Source of the DNA: Octopus vulgaris
Taxonomy: Eukaryota
Length of the DNA stretch: 64,000 nucleotides
Assembly (NCBI GenBank): GCA_951406725.2
Contig: OX597833.1
Coordinates: forward strand, 2,232,001-2,296,000
Direction: 5' to 3'
Under the pieces are notes generated by a model, which was not told the origin of the DNA, searched no databases, and saw only the letters and a program-made list of their open reading frames with translations. Position 1 is the stretch's first letter. Each line of letters begins with the position of its first letter. The translations under genes and the position numbers were made by a program. Shown piece by piece: positions 1-14,032 of this stretch.

Positions 1-362
1 CATGCTGGAGCACCGCATTTAGTCGAGTAAATCGACCCCGGGACTTATTCTTTGCAAGACCAGTACTTATTCTATCGGTCTCTTTTGCCGAACCGCTAAG
101 TGACAGGGACGTAAACACACCAGCATCGGTTGTCAAGCAATGCTAGGGGGACAAACACATACACATACACACACATATATATATATATATATATCTACGA
201 AGGGCTTCTTTCAGTTTCCGTCTACCAAATCTACTCACAAGGCTTTGGTCGGCCCGAGGCTATAGTAGAAGACACTCGCCCAAGGTGCCACGCAGTGGGA
301 CTGAACCCGGAACCATGTGGTTGGTAAACAAGCTACCTACCACACAGCCACTCCTGCGCCTA
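1..362 (-). mobile_element. tRNA-derived SINE, family A (3' end cut by window edge)
   Basis: Minus strand begins AGGCGCAGGAGTGGCTGTGTGGTAGG...GGTTCCGGGTTCAGTCCC (box A/box B-like). It has an internal CA/TA microsatellite. Near-identical copies lie at 24960-25350 and 29215-29627. Confidence 0.9.
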
Positions 363-389
363 TGTTTATATAAACAAATAAAAGAAAAC

Positions 390-707
390 CCATTCGATCG
401 GTTACCATTCGATGAGTTTTTCAGTTGGCCTAATCAGCATAACGGCCTGCTCGTGAAATAAATGCTCAAGTGGCTGAGCACTCCTCAGACACGTGTACCC
501 TTAATGTAGTTCTCAGGGAGATACAACGTGACACAGAATGTAACAAGGTTGGTCCTTTGAAATACAGGTAAAACTCATTTTTGCCAGCTGAGTGGACGGG
601 AGTATCATGAAATAAAGTGTCTTGCTCAGGCTTTCAAGACGCCGCCAGAAATTGAACTCATGACTTCGTGAGCCGAAAAGCCTAATCCCTAAGCCATGCG
701 CCTCCAC
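390..707 (-). mobile_element. tRNA-derived SINE (head C + tail X), diverged
   Basis: Reverse complement aligns by eye with 58163-58461 (head, TTGAGCAAGACACTTTATTTCA core, GTATTTCAAAGG...TTTCACGAGCAGGC tail). Confidence 0.8.
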
Positions 708-737
708 TTCATCCATCATTGATATTTTGTATATGAA

Positions 738-940
738 AGGTGCCGAAGTGGCAGAAACGTTAGAACGCCGGGTAAAATGCTTAGCGGTGTTTCGTCTGCT
801 GCTATGTTCTGAGTTCAGATTCCGCCCAGGTCGACTTTGCCTTTCATCTTTTCGGAATCGATTAAATAAGTACCAGTTACGCACTGGGGTCGATATAATC
901 GACTTAATCCGTTTGTCTGTCCTTATTTGTCCTCTCTGTG
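738..940 (+). mobile_element. SINE family B
   Basis: TGGCAGAAACGTTAG...GAGTTCAGATTCCGCC...GTCGACTTTGCCTTTCATC...AAATAAGTACCAGTTACGCACTGGGGTCG; more than 10 copies in the window. Confidence 0.88.
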
Positions 941-2059
941 GACAACAACAACAACGATTACACCAGTGCCAAACTCTTTCGGTTAATTAATTTAAGAAAA
1001 ATGATCAAATGGAATAGAGGGAGTAGGCTATCTGTTTCGGTCTTATTGGAATCTCTTCAGCAAAGTTTAAGTGCGACAGCAGATCCCATAAGGGCTAGAA
1101 AAGTCCGTAGAATTTCTCGAGAGTTGACGCAGTTTTGGGCTATTTGATTAGAAACATATCCAGGGACCTCTCCTTAATCACCAATAAAAATACGAACATA
1201 ACATCCATCACCTCGTCTAATACATCAACGTCACTGCTATCAGCAAGAATATAGAGTCCATCTTCCCGACAACCAAAACTGCGACTTCGTATATCTCACC
1301 GGCAATTATATCATTAGCACCGCCGCCTGTTTTACAAATAGATTCACATTCATTACAGTAAACATAAGCAATACTACCATCACCAAAATCACTAGCAAAC
1401 CCACCATCTTGTCTAACACTCCGACATCATTACCAACAGTAACACCACCGCCAACACTACCCTATTTCCAGATAATACAACGACTGCAGCACTCACCTCC
1501 ACGTTGCCTCTCTGTCAAGAACACTACCATCGTCAACACAGCATTACTTCTGCTGTTAATAGGAATAGGTTTCCTACTAGAGTCACTAACACTACATACA
1601 TAATCATTTATACAGTAAACACGACAATTACCACCACAACGACCACTGCTACCAAGAGTACAACACGCCACCGGTCCTACTTCGTCTGCTGCGCCACCAT
1701 CGGCTGCAACTTCACCAGCAATACAACAACAACAGCAACAATAACTAACAAAGAACCACAATAACAACGGCAAGAGATTCAACAAAAATTGTAACAAGAA
1801 TAAAGCAGCTACCAGCTATAATAGCTACCATAAACAATAGCGGTTTTCTATTATTGTTGAATGCTGTTTTGCTGAACACTGCTACGACCACCAGGACTAT
1901 CAGAGACTCCGCCACCGTCACCGGTGCAACGACAACAACTACAGACGCACCACAGACGCTAACCACACTGTGTTACCACCTCACAATCGCTGGCTCACCA
2001 TCACCACACCTTTGCTACCAGCCCTACTCCTACAACCGTATAGAGTTATTAATATATCG

Positions 2060-2484
2060 CTGTCGCCTATTTATGTATGTGTGGCTATATGTGTGCGTGT
2101 CTGCGTGTTTGTATCTGTATGTGTCTCTCTATGTACGTGTATGTATATTACTATGTATCTATATTTACACACGCACACGCACACACACACATATATATGC
2201 ATGTATGTATGTCTCTCTCTATATATATGTATATATATACATACATATACACTTAAACGTACATATATTTATATATGTGTTCGTACACACACACACGCGC
2301 GCATACACACACGTATGCACACACACATACACACACACACATACACACACGCACATATATATATATATAAGCATACATACATATACACTTAAGCGCACGT
2401 ATATTTATATATATATGTTCGTACACACACAGACATACACACACGCATACACACACACACGCACACACATATATATACGTATAC

Positions 2485-2562
<78 letters not shown>

Positions 2563-2638
2563 CATACATACATATACACTTAAGCATACGTATTTTTATA
2601 TACATGTTCGTACACACACAGACATACACAAACACACA

Positions 2639-2716
<78 letters not shown>
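2060..2716. repeat. Compound TA/CA microsatellite with three higher-order units
   Basis: CATACATATACACTTAA...TGTTCGTACACACAC recurs at about 2240, 2375 and 2565. Confidence 0.8.
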
Positions 2717-2720
<4 letters not shown>

Positions 2721-2915
2721 CGTAGAGTAAAGACTAAACAATGAGGATCCGACTAAGATGAGTTCTTCAAAATTGTGTTTCTATTCAGAAAGTCACAAAG
2801 GATAAGATTCTTCTCGAAAATATGATTATGTTCTCTTGTAGGAAGATATTTTGGCTTCTATCAGAATAAAAAAAAAAAAGAAACAGAAACAAATACAGAA
2901 ACAAACATGGCAACG

Positions 2916-2950
<35 letters not shown>

Positions 2951-3301
2951 AAAATGAGTAACAACAACAACAACAATTTGTGAATGAGAAAAAAAATTGA
3001 AGACGAAAGAAAATGAAAATAGAAGGGTGAAAAATAATGGAAGTGAAAGATATTTATGTACGTTTGTACATATATACATATATGTGTACGTATGCATTTC
3101 TATATATAGACATGTATGTGTATGTATGTTTGTATGTATATGTATGTGTGTGTATATATATAAATGAGAGAATGCACATAGTTTGTTTCTGTCTCATTCT
3201 GCTTATGTGTGTGTCTTTGTATAAGTATGAAAGCATACATACACCAACACGTGTACACATACACATGCACACAGGAATGTGTTTATATGTGAGTGTATAT
3301 G

Positions 3302-3371
<70 letters not shown>

Positions 3372-3496
3372 TAGGTAGGTAAGGGAGGTAGTTAGGCATA
3401 TATATATATATGTTTGTATAAAGTTGTGTATATGTATAAATATAAATATATATATATAGTTGTGTGTAAGTTTAACAATAACAACAACAACAAAAG

Positions 3497-4036
3497 TAAT
3501 GCCGTACCAGGGGCTGGTTCCCATGGTTTTTGACCTTAAGTGGCTGGAAGTGTTATCATGTACATGTATTGTCTTGGTGTAAAAGGTGAGCTACAGCAAA
3601 AATTCTGCTCAGTACCACGGATTTCCTTACAATTGTTTGACCTTAACCAGTTGATAATGTCCCTTGGTGGCTGACGATATGTGCATCTCTGATCATGAGC
3701 AGAAGTAGTGGGGGAGCATCATAGCCATGTGTTGAGAGGGATTTTTGGGGGATTTGAATAATTCACCTCTGGGAACATGAGTGTTTCGTTCAACATCTTT
3801 AAACACCCCTTGTTCAGAGATATTTTGAGCGGGATAGACTATTCGAGCTGAAGGAAATTCTAAATGGACCCCACCAGCAATGTCGTGCGCCCTTTATTTT
3901 GATATGAAATCACAATGTTGCGCACATGTGGTTGTGAAGCATGTGCCTGGTGTACCCTTATCAGACGGGTAGTCATGATGAGTATACTGGACTTCGTATA
4001 TATTTCACCCCAATGTCACTTTGATGGCATGCACTG
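3497..4036. mobile_element. Unclassified interspersed repeat (~540 bp)
   Basis: Segment ~3735-3930 has a diverged inverted copy at ~17490-17690 (e.g. TTTGAATAATTCACCTCTGG vs CCAGAGGTGAATTATTCAAA). Confidence 0.65.
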
Positions 4037-4677
4037 GTGGTGGTGGTGGTGCTAGTTTTGGTGTCGGTCGTGGACGTAGTAGTAGTATTGTTGATGATGA
4101 TGATGATGGGGATGATGATGATACGGATTATGACGATATTGATGACGATGATGATTTGTCAAACAGGCGGCGAAGACGGGACTGGTTGCACACATTACGT
4201 TCGTAAACGCAGAGGGAGGTTCAACGAAATAATGATGGAGGTAGAAAACTTATCACAAATATAATTTATAAAAATCCACAAGCTTGACATTAAAAAAACA
4301 AACACATGTATGATCGGCATACAAAAATGTATTCCCACTTTTCAATGAGATCATGAGGGTATGTTCCTATGCATACGTGTATGCCTATATATATATATAC
4401 ATATATATATGTATACAAAATATATATAAACATACAAAATGGGACAAGAACGCAAAACACTCAAAGAGACGACACAAAAAACGGATCATCATATATGTAT
4501 GTATGTATGTATACAGGTATAAGTTAGAGGTGTTTAAAGCCTCTAAGGGTTAGTTATATCCAAAGGAACTTCTGGTAATTACCTCAGTAGGTATATTCCT
4601 TGGTAAAAGGTATACGGCAGCAGGTGATCTAGCGGGTAAACCGTAGTCTATATATAGTTATGCAGGTATATAAATAG

Positions 4678-4724
<47 letters not shown>

Positions 4725-4765
4725 CATATATAAATATATATGTATGTATGTATGTATGCATCTAT

Positions 4766-4819
<54 letters not shown>

Positions 4820-5144
4820 GTACATATATAAATATGTATATGTCGCGTATATATATATATATATATATAAATATATACATATGTATTTATAAATATGCAT
4901 ATATACAAATATGTATACGTATATATATATATATACAAACATATACATCTATATGTAAATTTATATATATGTGTATATATATGTGTATATATGTGTATAT
5001 ATATATATTTATATAAATATATGCTTATATATTATGTGTATATGCTCATATATAAGCATGTTTATATATATATATATGTATATATTTGTGCACATACATA
5101 CTCATACGTATATATATATGTATGTGTATGTGTGTGTGTGTGTG

Positions 5145-5198
<54 letters not shown>

Positions 5199-5321
5199 TA
5201 TGTTTGCCCTCTTTCTAATTGTTGATTAAGTTGAAATGCCAGATGCCAGGCTACGAAAACTCTTAGCCTTCCCATGAAATGAAAATCGCTCTTTACCCTA
5301 CTTAAATCACTCTCACCCTCC

Positions 5322-5383
<62 letters not shown>

Positions 5384-5624
5384 CTTTGCATTTCTCTCAG
5401 TTTTCTATGTTTCACTCTGTCTGCATATTTTTCTGTCTCTCTCTCTCTCTCTCTCTCCCTCGCTCTCTCTTTCGCTCCCTCCCTCTACCTCTCTCTCTAG
5501 CTCTCTCCTCTCTCTCTTTCTCTGTTTATATTTTTTTCTTTCTCATCTGAATTTTTGTGGTTAGGGTGGGTGGAAATAGCAACAATAATAAAAATGCGTA
5601 TGATGATTATCGTCATTATAATGA

Positions 5625-6313
5625 GGTGGAGAGAAAGGAGGGGGAAGAGGAGGAGGGGAGGAGGGAGGAGGGGAGGAGGAGGGGAAGAAGAAGCAGCAGC
5701 AGCAGCGGCTGCGGCAGCAGAAAGGAAGAAGCTCAAGAAAATAGCAACAGCGACAGCAGCAACATCAACCACAAGAGCAACAACAATAGAAGCAATAGGA
5801 ACAACAGAGAGGAGGGGGGCGTAGCAGAATGGTAAAGAGAGGAAGAAGAAGATGAAGATGAAGAAGAAGAAGAAGAAGAAGAAGAAGAAGAGGAGGAAGA
5901 AGAAGAAGGAGGAGAAGAAGAAGAAGAAGAAGGTGAAGAAGAAGAGTGAAGAAGAAGAAGAAAAAGAATGAGGAGGAGGAGAGGAAGAAGAAGGAGAAGA
6001 AGAAGTAAGAAGAAGAAGAAAAAGAAGAAGAGTGAAGAAGATGAAGGAGGAGAAGAAGAAGAAGAAGAAGAAGGAGGAGGAGAAGAAGAAGAAGAAGAAG
6101 AAGAAGAAGAAGAAGAAGAAGAAGAAGAAGACGAAGAAGAAGAAGAAGAAGAAGAAGAAGAGTGAAGAAGATGAAGGAGGAGAAGAAGAAGAAGAAGAAG
6201 AAGGAGGAGGAGAAGAAGAAGAAGAAGAAGAAGAAGAAGAACGAGAAGAAGAAGAAGAAGTAGAAGAAGAAGAAGAAGAAGAAGAAGAAGAAGAAGAAGA
6301 AGAAGAAGAAGAA
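5625..6313. repeat. Long polypurine (GAA/GGA)n tract
   Basis: Direct reading. Includes an internal duplication of AGTGAAGAAGATGAAGGAGGAGAAG at ~6030 and ~6160. Confidence 0.95.
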
Positions 6314-6779
6314 GACCCGTCATCAGCGTACGACAATCACCGGTTTTCGATGAAAGGAGTGGGACTTACAATATGGCTAACCCTTAGTGGTTAGCCATAT
6401 TGAGATGGCAAATATACCTCACATTGTCGTGCAGTTACTGTTTATACCTCGTTCAGAGATGTATTATTGCTTGAATACACTTTTCCAAGATCATTGACGT
6501 AAAGTTACTGGAAAAACTATATTAATATTTGCATTAGGAACTCCTTTCATCGAAAACCGGTGATTGTCGTGCGCTGATGACGGGTCAATAGCCAGAAACT
6601 GCAGTCCGTGCGTATCAATTAGGTTGACGAGGGAAGGATGACCTCCCTTTGCAAATACCGATAAGGCACAGAAAGTGTGCCTAAAGCCAGCTGGAGGAGA
6701 TGTTCTCCTGAAGCTACAAGCTACAGTAACACCCACCCTTAGTCGTTAGCCATATTGAGATGGCAAATATACCTCACAT
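6314..6779 (+). mobile_element. PLE pseudo-LTR/retrozyme-like element, ~355-nt unit with 5' inverted segment
   Basis: Direct repeat 6380-6424 = 6735-6779. Inverted repeat 6314-6360 vs 6540-6586. Snap-back hairpin 6369-6402. HHR at 6569-6611. Confidence 0.7.
6569..6611 (+). ncRNA. Type I hammerhead ribozyme motif
   Basis: GTGCG-CTGATGA-CGGGTCAATAGCCA-GAAA-CTGCAG-TC-CGTGC: canonical core, palindromic stem III ACTGCAGT, GUC triplet; stem II is imperfect. Confidence 0.75.
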
Positions 6780-6941
6780 ATCTATATATTCACACACATA
6801 TATATATATGCATATTCACACACACACACACATATATATATGTGTGTGTGTGTGTGTGTACACATTCACTCACATATATGTAAATGTGTCTTTTACTTGC
6901 ATTAGTAATTGGAATGCGGTTATGCTGGAGCACCACCTTAG

Positions 6942-6980
<39 letters not shown>

Positions 6981-7006
6981 GATAGATATATGCACCATCT
7001 TACACG

Positions 7007-7061
<55 letters not shown>

Positions 7062-7119
7062 ATATATTTATATATATATATAAATATATATATATGTATA
7101 CCTACATACAAACATATGT

Positions 7120-7308
7120 TGAATCGTTAGCTCCTGCACGCATTTTTTTTCTCTCCTTGTTTCTTTTCTGTGTATCTTTCTGTTGAAGAGCGTAGACTCG
7201 AAACGTAAAAGACTTGTTTTATTTCTATTCCTGAGCGCCATACTAATACAATTGTTTGTTTGTACTCCACCTGCCTTCGTCTTTTGTTTATTTTCGTAAA
7301 CCTTCCCG

Positions 7309-7310
<2 letters not shown>
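7120..7310 (+). mobile_element. HHR-bearing short repeat, family P2
   Basis: Homologous to 44543-44722(-) and 54240-54413(+). Motif TCTTT-CTGTTGAA-GAGcgtagaCTC-GAAA-CG-TA-AAAGA at 7175-7212. TA tracts lie on both sides. Confidence 0.7.
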
Positions 7311-7350
<40 letters not shown>

Positions 7351-7374
7351 AATATTAGGGAATTATTAATTAAT

Positions 7375-7420
<46 letters not shown>

Positions 7421-7767
7421 GCGCACTGATATGTATACACGTATATTAATTACCAAGCAACCATATTGAAACTGAACAATTATAACAGTTGGCAAATATC
7501 ATTATTTGCCTCTTTATCAAAGGATCATCAATGAATCTCTTAAAATGGCTGCCATCAATAAACATTAGCGCTGATTGAATATTCTCTGAGGATACAGCCA
7601 TTGCTGTTACAGGATCATTGAGACGGGCAAGACTTGTTGGAATTTAATTAATATGTAATTCACTCGTTTGTTAATGAACGAAGACCATTTTGTTTTTACG
7701 TGAACGATTCACGCGACTACAAACGCATACATAGACGTGTGTCCTCATAGGTACAAATGCATATATC

Positions 7768-8000
7768 TATTTCTTTATTACCCACAAGGGGTTAAACATA
7801 GAGGGGACAAACAAGGACAGACAAACGGATTACGTCGATTACATTGACCCCAGTGCGTAACTGGTACTTATTTAATCGACCCCCAAAAGGATGAAAGGCA
7901 AAGTCGACCTCGGCGGAATTTGAACTCAGAACGTAAGGGCAGACGAAATACGGCTACGCATCTCGCCCGACGTGCTAACGTTTCTGCCAGTTCGCCGCCT
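7768..8000 (-). mobile_element. SINE family B
   Basis: Full-length reverse-complement match to the family B copy at 61648. Confidence 0.9.
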
Positions 8001-8202
8001 TCATATACCTTCATACGAATGCTGTTGCTCAGAGGAAACCACACGTGTATCTACTTTTACACACACGCACACACTCGTACGCATGAATATATATACACAG
8101 ACGAGCACATACACATGTGTGTGTGTATGTATCGTAGGCCCACACACATGTGTATGTATGTATTTATGTGTATGTATATGCACACGTTTGTACAGTCACA
8201 TG

Positions 8203-9086
8203 TATTGGGTCATCCCATAAATAATACAGCTGTTTCATACTTCTTTTATTTATTTTTTTTTTCAAAATTACGATTTGTTAACCTAAAATATGCGCTCCTT
8301 CATTTTCTTCAATGCTCTTTAAGTAGACTTACAAGGCCTCTCTTCCAAAATTCACTTATCCGTGATGAAAAATACTCCTCCAGTACTGTTCTGACCTTCT
8401 CTACAGAATTCATATTTTCCGGTTCAAATGATGTTGAAGACTGCGGAATAAATAATAATCAGATGGGGCAATGTCCGGCGAATACGGTGGGTGGGCCATC
8501 GTTTCCCATTCAAACCGCTCCAGCCTTTGGAATGTCATCCTCGCACTGTGTGGCCGAACATTACCCTGATGGAAGAACATCTTTCGTCTTGAAACGAAAC
8601 ATGGTCGTCTTTCTTCTAGCGCTGGTATCGATGAATGGTTAAAGGACCAAATGCAAGCTTCTCCGCTGGTTCCTTAACAGCTACGGTAGGTTTTATTTCC
8701 ACCAGAGTTTGTCGAAATCAACAGATCTTCCAGGACGTGGCTCATCTTCTAGGCTGTAGATTCCGTCTCGGAATTTCTGGAACCACTGTTGGCAGGGGGT
8801 TATCCTTGTCGTCCGATTCCCCATATAATGCATTAATATTCCTCGCACTTTCCGTTGCATTGTTGCCTTTATTGAACTCATAATGCAAAATATGCCGAAT
8901 ATGCTCCTTTGTCATTTACATTATAGCTTTGAAAACATAACTATTAAAATCGAACTGTACTCTTCAAGTCTTGCACTAAGAATAAGCACAAGGTAAAATT
9001 TCTGCCTGCTTTTATAGCAAGTTGATGCAGGTAGTTTATCCCCCCACCCCGACTTTAAGTACGTACGATTGAAAAAAACTGCATTA
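8203..9086 (-). mobile_element. Decayed, internally deleted mariner (Tc1/mariner) transposon
   Basis: Minus-strand translations give QQWFQKFRDGIYSLEDEPRPGRS (mariner HTH region) and EWETMAHPPYSPDIAPSDYYLFRSLQ (YSPDLAPxD motif), with stops and frameshifts. TIR-like TATTGGGTCATCCCATAAATAAT at 8203. Confidence 0.9.
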
Positions 9087-9304
9087 CATACATACAGCGG
9101 AATACGTACAAAGGACATGCATATACACACATATACATTCATGCATACGTATGCATACATGCACCTGTATATATATGCATATATACGTGAATGTGAATAT
9201 ATATACACGTACATATATAAATGCACACATATTCATAGATATATATATCTGCACATACACACACTTACACACGTGTTCGTATATATACCTATATATATAT
9301 GTAT

Positions 9305-9361
<57 letters not shown>

Positions 9362-9996
9362 CATATGCATGTATATATGGATATGTATGTGTGTGAGCGT
9401 GCTTAATTATACACACCCCGATGTACTTCCGGGTATTTCCCGTCTCCCCGATGTAATTCACGAAGTTTTGATTCAGTAGAGGCTTATAATAGAAGACAAC
9501 AAATTCCCTAAATTGTAATTGTTGAAAGGAAACTTAAGTCAGCAGTGAAAAGTCCAAACACGCCGGTGAGGCTATCATTAGCAAAGAAACAAATTTATCG
9601 CCCCTGAATATATTGAAAATTGTGGTAAACCGCGTCCAATAATCATTTGATCCAGGAAATTATACAGTAATGGTATAGGGATCACTAAAAGCCTTGGAAA
9701 CTTCTGTTTGCAAACGTAAGTCAAAGACTTGTTAAAGGGAATCATGAAACATGGAGGCAGGGCAATGTTGTTAATAAGTTCGCTTGGAAACCGTGGAAAT
9801 TATCGCCCCGGAATGACAGACGTATTATACGTATAAATTGTGGTAAATGAAAGCTTCGGGAAAGTCTGCCAAACATAGACAAACACGCGCGCGCGCGTGC
9901 ACACAAGCACACATGCAAACATACGCGCGCGCATATACATAGAGGCAACCGATGGTTTCATGTGAAGAGATCGTCACAATTGTTCTTCCGTAATTC

Positions 9997-10046
<50 letters not shown>

Positions 10047-10103
10047 ATATCTATGTGTGTAAATGCATGTGCATATATATACATACACACACACATATAT
10101 ATA

Positions 10104-10404
10104 TAGACATACCTCAGCTTACGTTGGTAGTTGGTTCCAAGACACGTGACGGCGATGTAACAGCAAAACGACCTAAAACCTTTATCACTTTTAATAAATG
10201 TTTAGACCTATTTCACATCATTTTAATCGATTTTTTAATTTAGTATTGGCTTTTAGGTTATTGATTTTTTGAATCTATATACTTTTAAAAAGGTTCACTA
10301 AGGTCAACGTTAATCGATTGAAGTTGTTGGTTATTTTGTAGAGAAAAATGACGTAAAGTCGAAAACGATGTAAGTCGAATCGATGTATGTTGTACATTGT
10401 CGTA
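10104..10404. mobile_element. Old pogo/Tigger-like MITE
   Basis: Left end CCTCAGCTTACGTTGGTAGTTGGTTCC; right end has repeated CGTAAAGTCG/TGTAAGTCG subterminal motifs complementary to the left CTTACG. The interior is AT-rich. Confidence 0.45.
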
Positions 10405-10413
10405 TAAACATGT

Positions 10414-10453
<40 letters not shown>

Positions 10454-10603
10454 ATTTTTATGTGTGTGCGCGTATGTCATGCCCTCTTGTGTGTGTTTGT
10501 GTGTGAGTGTGTGTGTGTGTGCGTGTATGTGTATACATAGATATATATAGAAAGATTTCGTCGACGAGCTTCGGTATCCAAACTATGACACGGGATGGTT
10601 TTA

Positions 10604-10730
10604 GACGCAGACCTGGCTGTGTGATAAAGCTTGCTTCCCAACCACATGGTTCTGGGTTCAGTTCCACTGCGTGGACCCTTGGGCATGTATCTTCTGCTAT
10701 AGCCTCAAGCCAACCAAAGCCTTGTGAGCG
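10604..10730 (+). mobile_element. SINE family A, 5' fragment
   Basis: TGGCTGTGTGATAAAGCTTGCTTCCCAACCACATGGTTCTGGGTTCAGTTCCACTGCGTGG. Confidence 0.85.
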
Positions 10731-10747
10731 AATATATATATATATAT

Positions 10748-10965
10748 AAAGTTAGTCCAAAGATGAAAACACAACGTGAAAACACAACAACGCGAGGACG
10801 TGGAACAAATATAGTATTATTGGACGCTCAGGAAGGAAGGGAAGAAGGAGGGTTCAAACGTTTCGGAGCGGAGCTCTTCGTCGGAAACATAGGAGAAGGA
10901 AAGATCCTGAGAAGGGAAGACACAGGAAAAAATATCGCCAACGGTACCCACGCGGTCACATTTTA
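10748..10965 (-). mobile_element. HHR-bearing short repeat, family P1
   Basis: Homologous to 51795-51975 and 52753-52968. The minus-strand motif at 10852-10888 reads GTTT-CCGACGAA-GAGCtccGCTC-C-GAAA-CGTT. TA tracts lie on both sides. Confidence 0.75.
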
Positions 10966-11053
10966 TATATATATATATATGTAAATAAAGTTTTGCTAAG
11001 GAATACGCAGCCACATTTAATATAAACACCAACATTAATAGTAAAACTGTTCA

Positions 11054-11662
11054 CACTACTACTACTACTACTACTACTATTACTATTACTACTACTACTA
11101 CTACTACTACTACTACCTAAACCTCCACCGTTCCTGCAGCACATAATCGCTATACAACCATTATCTCAAGCTACCAGTGTTACCAGAAATGCCATTAACC
11201 TTTGGTGCTGAGGAAACTCCGCCCCCAACGCCAGCACCATCAATGTCACCACAACCACGTGCCTCACCACAACTATTACCACTACTACTACGACGACGAC
11301 CACTACCACCACGACCACCACCACCACCGCCACCACTCACTGTCTCCACCATAAACGCCGTCTCTGCCACAACCACCGCCGACGTCATCGCACTCAAAAC
11401 CAACAACTCAACCTCATGCACTATTGCCAGTACCAGCACCAACCCCACCACCACCACCACCACCACCACTACCACTACTAATAATACTACTACCGTCACC
11501 AGCACCACCCCTATCAACAGCGCCACCCCGATCGAATAACTGCACTTCCATGTAACAACCACTTTCTAAGTTTTTGCGATCAGAGATGATCTGTCTCTAC
11601 TACTGCTACTACTACTACTACTACTACTACTACTGCTTCTGCTACTGCTGCTACTGCTACTG

Positions 11663-11702
<40 letters not shown>

Positions 11703-11717
11703 CACCACCACCACTAT

Positions 11718-11810
<93 letters not shown>

Positions 11811-11850
11811 CACCACTATTAATACTACTACTACTACTACTACTTCTACA

Positions 11851-11897
<47 letters not shown>

Positions 11898-11946
11898 CAC
11901 CACCACTATTAATACCACCACAACTACTACCACAACTACGGCTAAA

Positions 11947-11980
<34 letters not shown>

Positions 11981-12175
11981 TCGTCAACACCACCCCTATC
12001 AACTCCGCCACCCCAATGTAACAACCACTTTCTAAGTTACTTCCATGTAAAACCACTTTCTGAGTTTTTTGCGATCAGAGCTGATCTGTCTCTACTACTG
12101 CTTCTGCTACTGCTGCTGCTGCTACTACTACTACTACTACTACTACAACTACTACTACTGCTTCTGCTACTGCTG

Positions 12176-12223
<48 letters not shown>

Positions 12224-12342
12224 ACTCTACTATCCTCTTCACCGTCCTTATCACCGCCGATCACGTCAGCATCATCACCCCCTCTCCCACCTCCAACGCC
12301 ACCGTCAACACCACCACAACTACTACCACAACTACGGCTAAA

Positions 12343-12387
<45 letters not shown>

Positions 12388-12390
12388 TCT
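11054..12390. repeat. (CTA)n/(CCA)n low-complexity block with local duplications
   Basis: Unique spacer CACCCCTATCAAC...TTGCGATCAGAG.TGATCTGTCTCTACTAC at ~11505-11600 and ~11990-12098. CACAACTACGGCTAAAAC at ~11931 and ~12327. Confidence 0.85.
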
Positions 12391-12768
12391 AACATCCTCG
12401 CTCATCCGGGGTGAAACACGAACGGGTGGCGCGATAGAAGGCGAATGCATTCGTTATCAGACTCGTTCAGAAAGTTTTTTTTCTTTTCTCCTTGGACTAG
12501 AAGACAGGGGAGGATGGTTTTGGTAGGGTGGTGGCAGTAGTTGGTTTGGTAAGGGCGATGGTGATGATGATGGTGGTGGTGGTGGTGGTAGTGGTGGTGG
12601 TGGTGGTGGTGGTGGTGGTGGTTGTGGCAGGGGGGAGGGGACGACGGCAGTGATGGTGGTAGAGGTGGTGGTTGTGTTGATAGAAGTGTTTGTGAAAGTT
12701 AAGAAGGAAGTTGAACTATATATATATATATGTGTGTGTATGTGTGTGTTTATATATATATATACATA

Positions 12769-12808
<40 letters not shown>

Positions 12809-12848
12809 ATATATGTTTATATTGTGTGTGTTTATATATGTTTATATT

Positions 12849-12884
<36 letters not shown>

Positions 12885-12938
12885 TATATATACACATATG
12901 TATATACATATACATCTGTGTGTCTGCTTATATATATG

Positions 12939-13034
<96 letters not shown>

Positions 13035-13131
13035 CACGCATATATATCATATATATATATATGTTCATATACACTCACAAATGTATAAATACATACATAC
13101 TTACACACACATGCACACACACACATCATAT

Positions 13132-13183
<52 letters not shown>

Positions 13184-13783
13184 GATGCATACATATACAT
13201 ATACATAGTCGCCATTAATAAATACGCAATGAATGGCAAAAGTATGTAGACAGCAAAAACAACAACAACAGCAACCAAACAACAACAACAACAACAACAA
13301 CCAAACAACAACAACAACAACAGCATGATGGATGTATTTCAACAATGGTTCCCCTATTTCGTGACTGAAATAGTTTGTTTTGATTTCACGCTTAAATATA
13401 GAAATCTCTTTCGTTTACCAGCCGCCATATTTTCGTCGTTTTCGGCGGACGATGTGTTAAGGAGGATTCTGTCTATACATTACTTATATTTTAAAGACAC
13501 ACACACACTCTCCCCCTCTCCCTCCCCCTCTCTCTCTCCCTCTCTCACTCTCTCTTTAACGTGTGTGAATGTGTTTCTTAGTTTTCAACTTCCATTATAA
13601 CTTTCAGACTCTCTGTCTGTCTGTCTGCCAGTCTGTTTTTCTATCTGTGTATCCCACTGGCCTTCATCCAGGCCCCATAATATTTGTTTGCACGTATTTT
13701 ATGTTGTTATATTAATACACACACACACACACACACACGCTTACACACACACACACACACACACACGCTTACACACACATACA

Positions 13784-13826
<43 letters not shown>

Positions 13827-14032
13827 CAATAAGAAACTGGAGGGGATCAATAGGTGGTTCATCAACTTTTAGACAGTATATTATGGTAACTTATTTATTT
13901 ACTAAATGGATAATTACAATAATATACGTACATATAACATATTATGCTTTACATATAGGATATAAAATATAGTAATATATAAGGATACCAGTAATTATTA
14001 TAAAATAACAAACATGAATATAAATTGGGAAA

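Noticed and set aside
1025-1064. Minus-strand CTGAAGA...GAAA hammerhead candidate
   Set aside because: Stems I and II do not pair convincingly.
7920-8642. 240-aa plus-strand ORF
   Set aside because: Chance read-through of an antisense SINE, a microsatellite and the antisense mariner remnant.
12408-12715. Minus-strand Pro-rich open frame ending PRRKEKNFLNESDNECIRLLSRHPFVFHPG
   Set aside because: No start codon or credible acceptor, and it is mostly (CCA)n low complexity.
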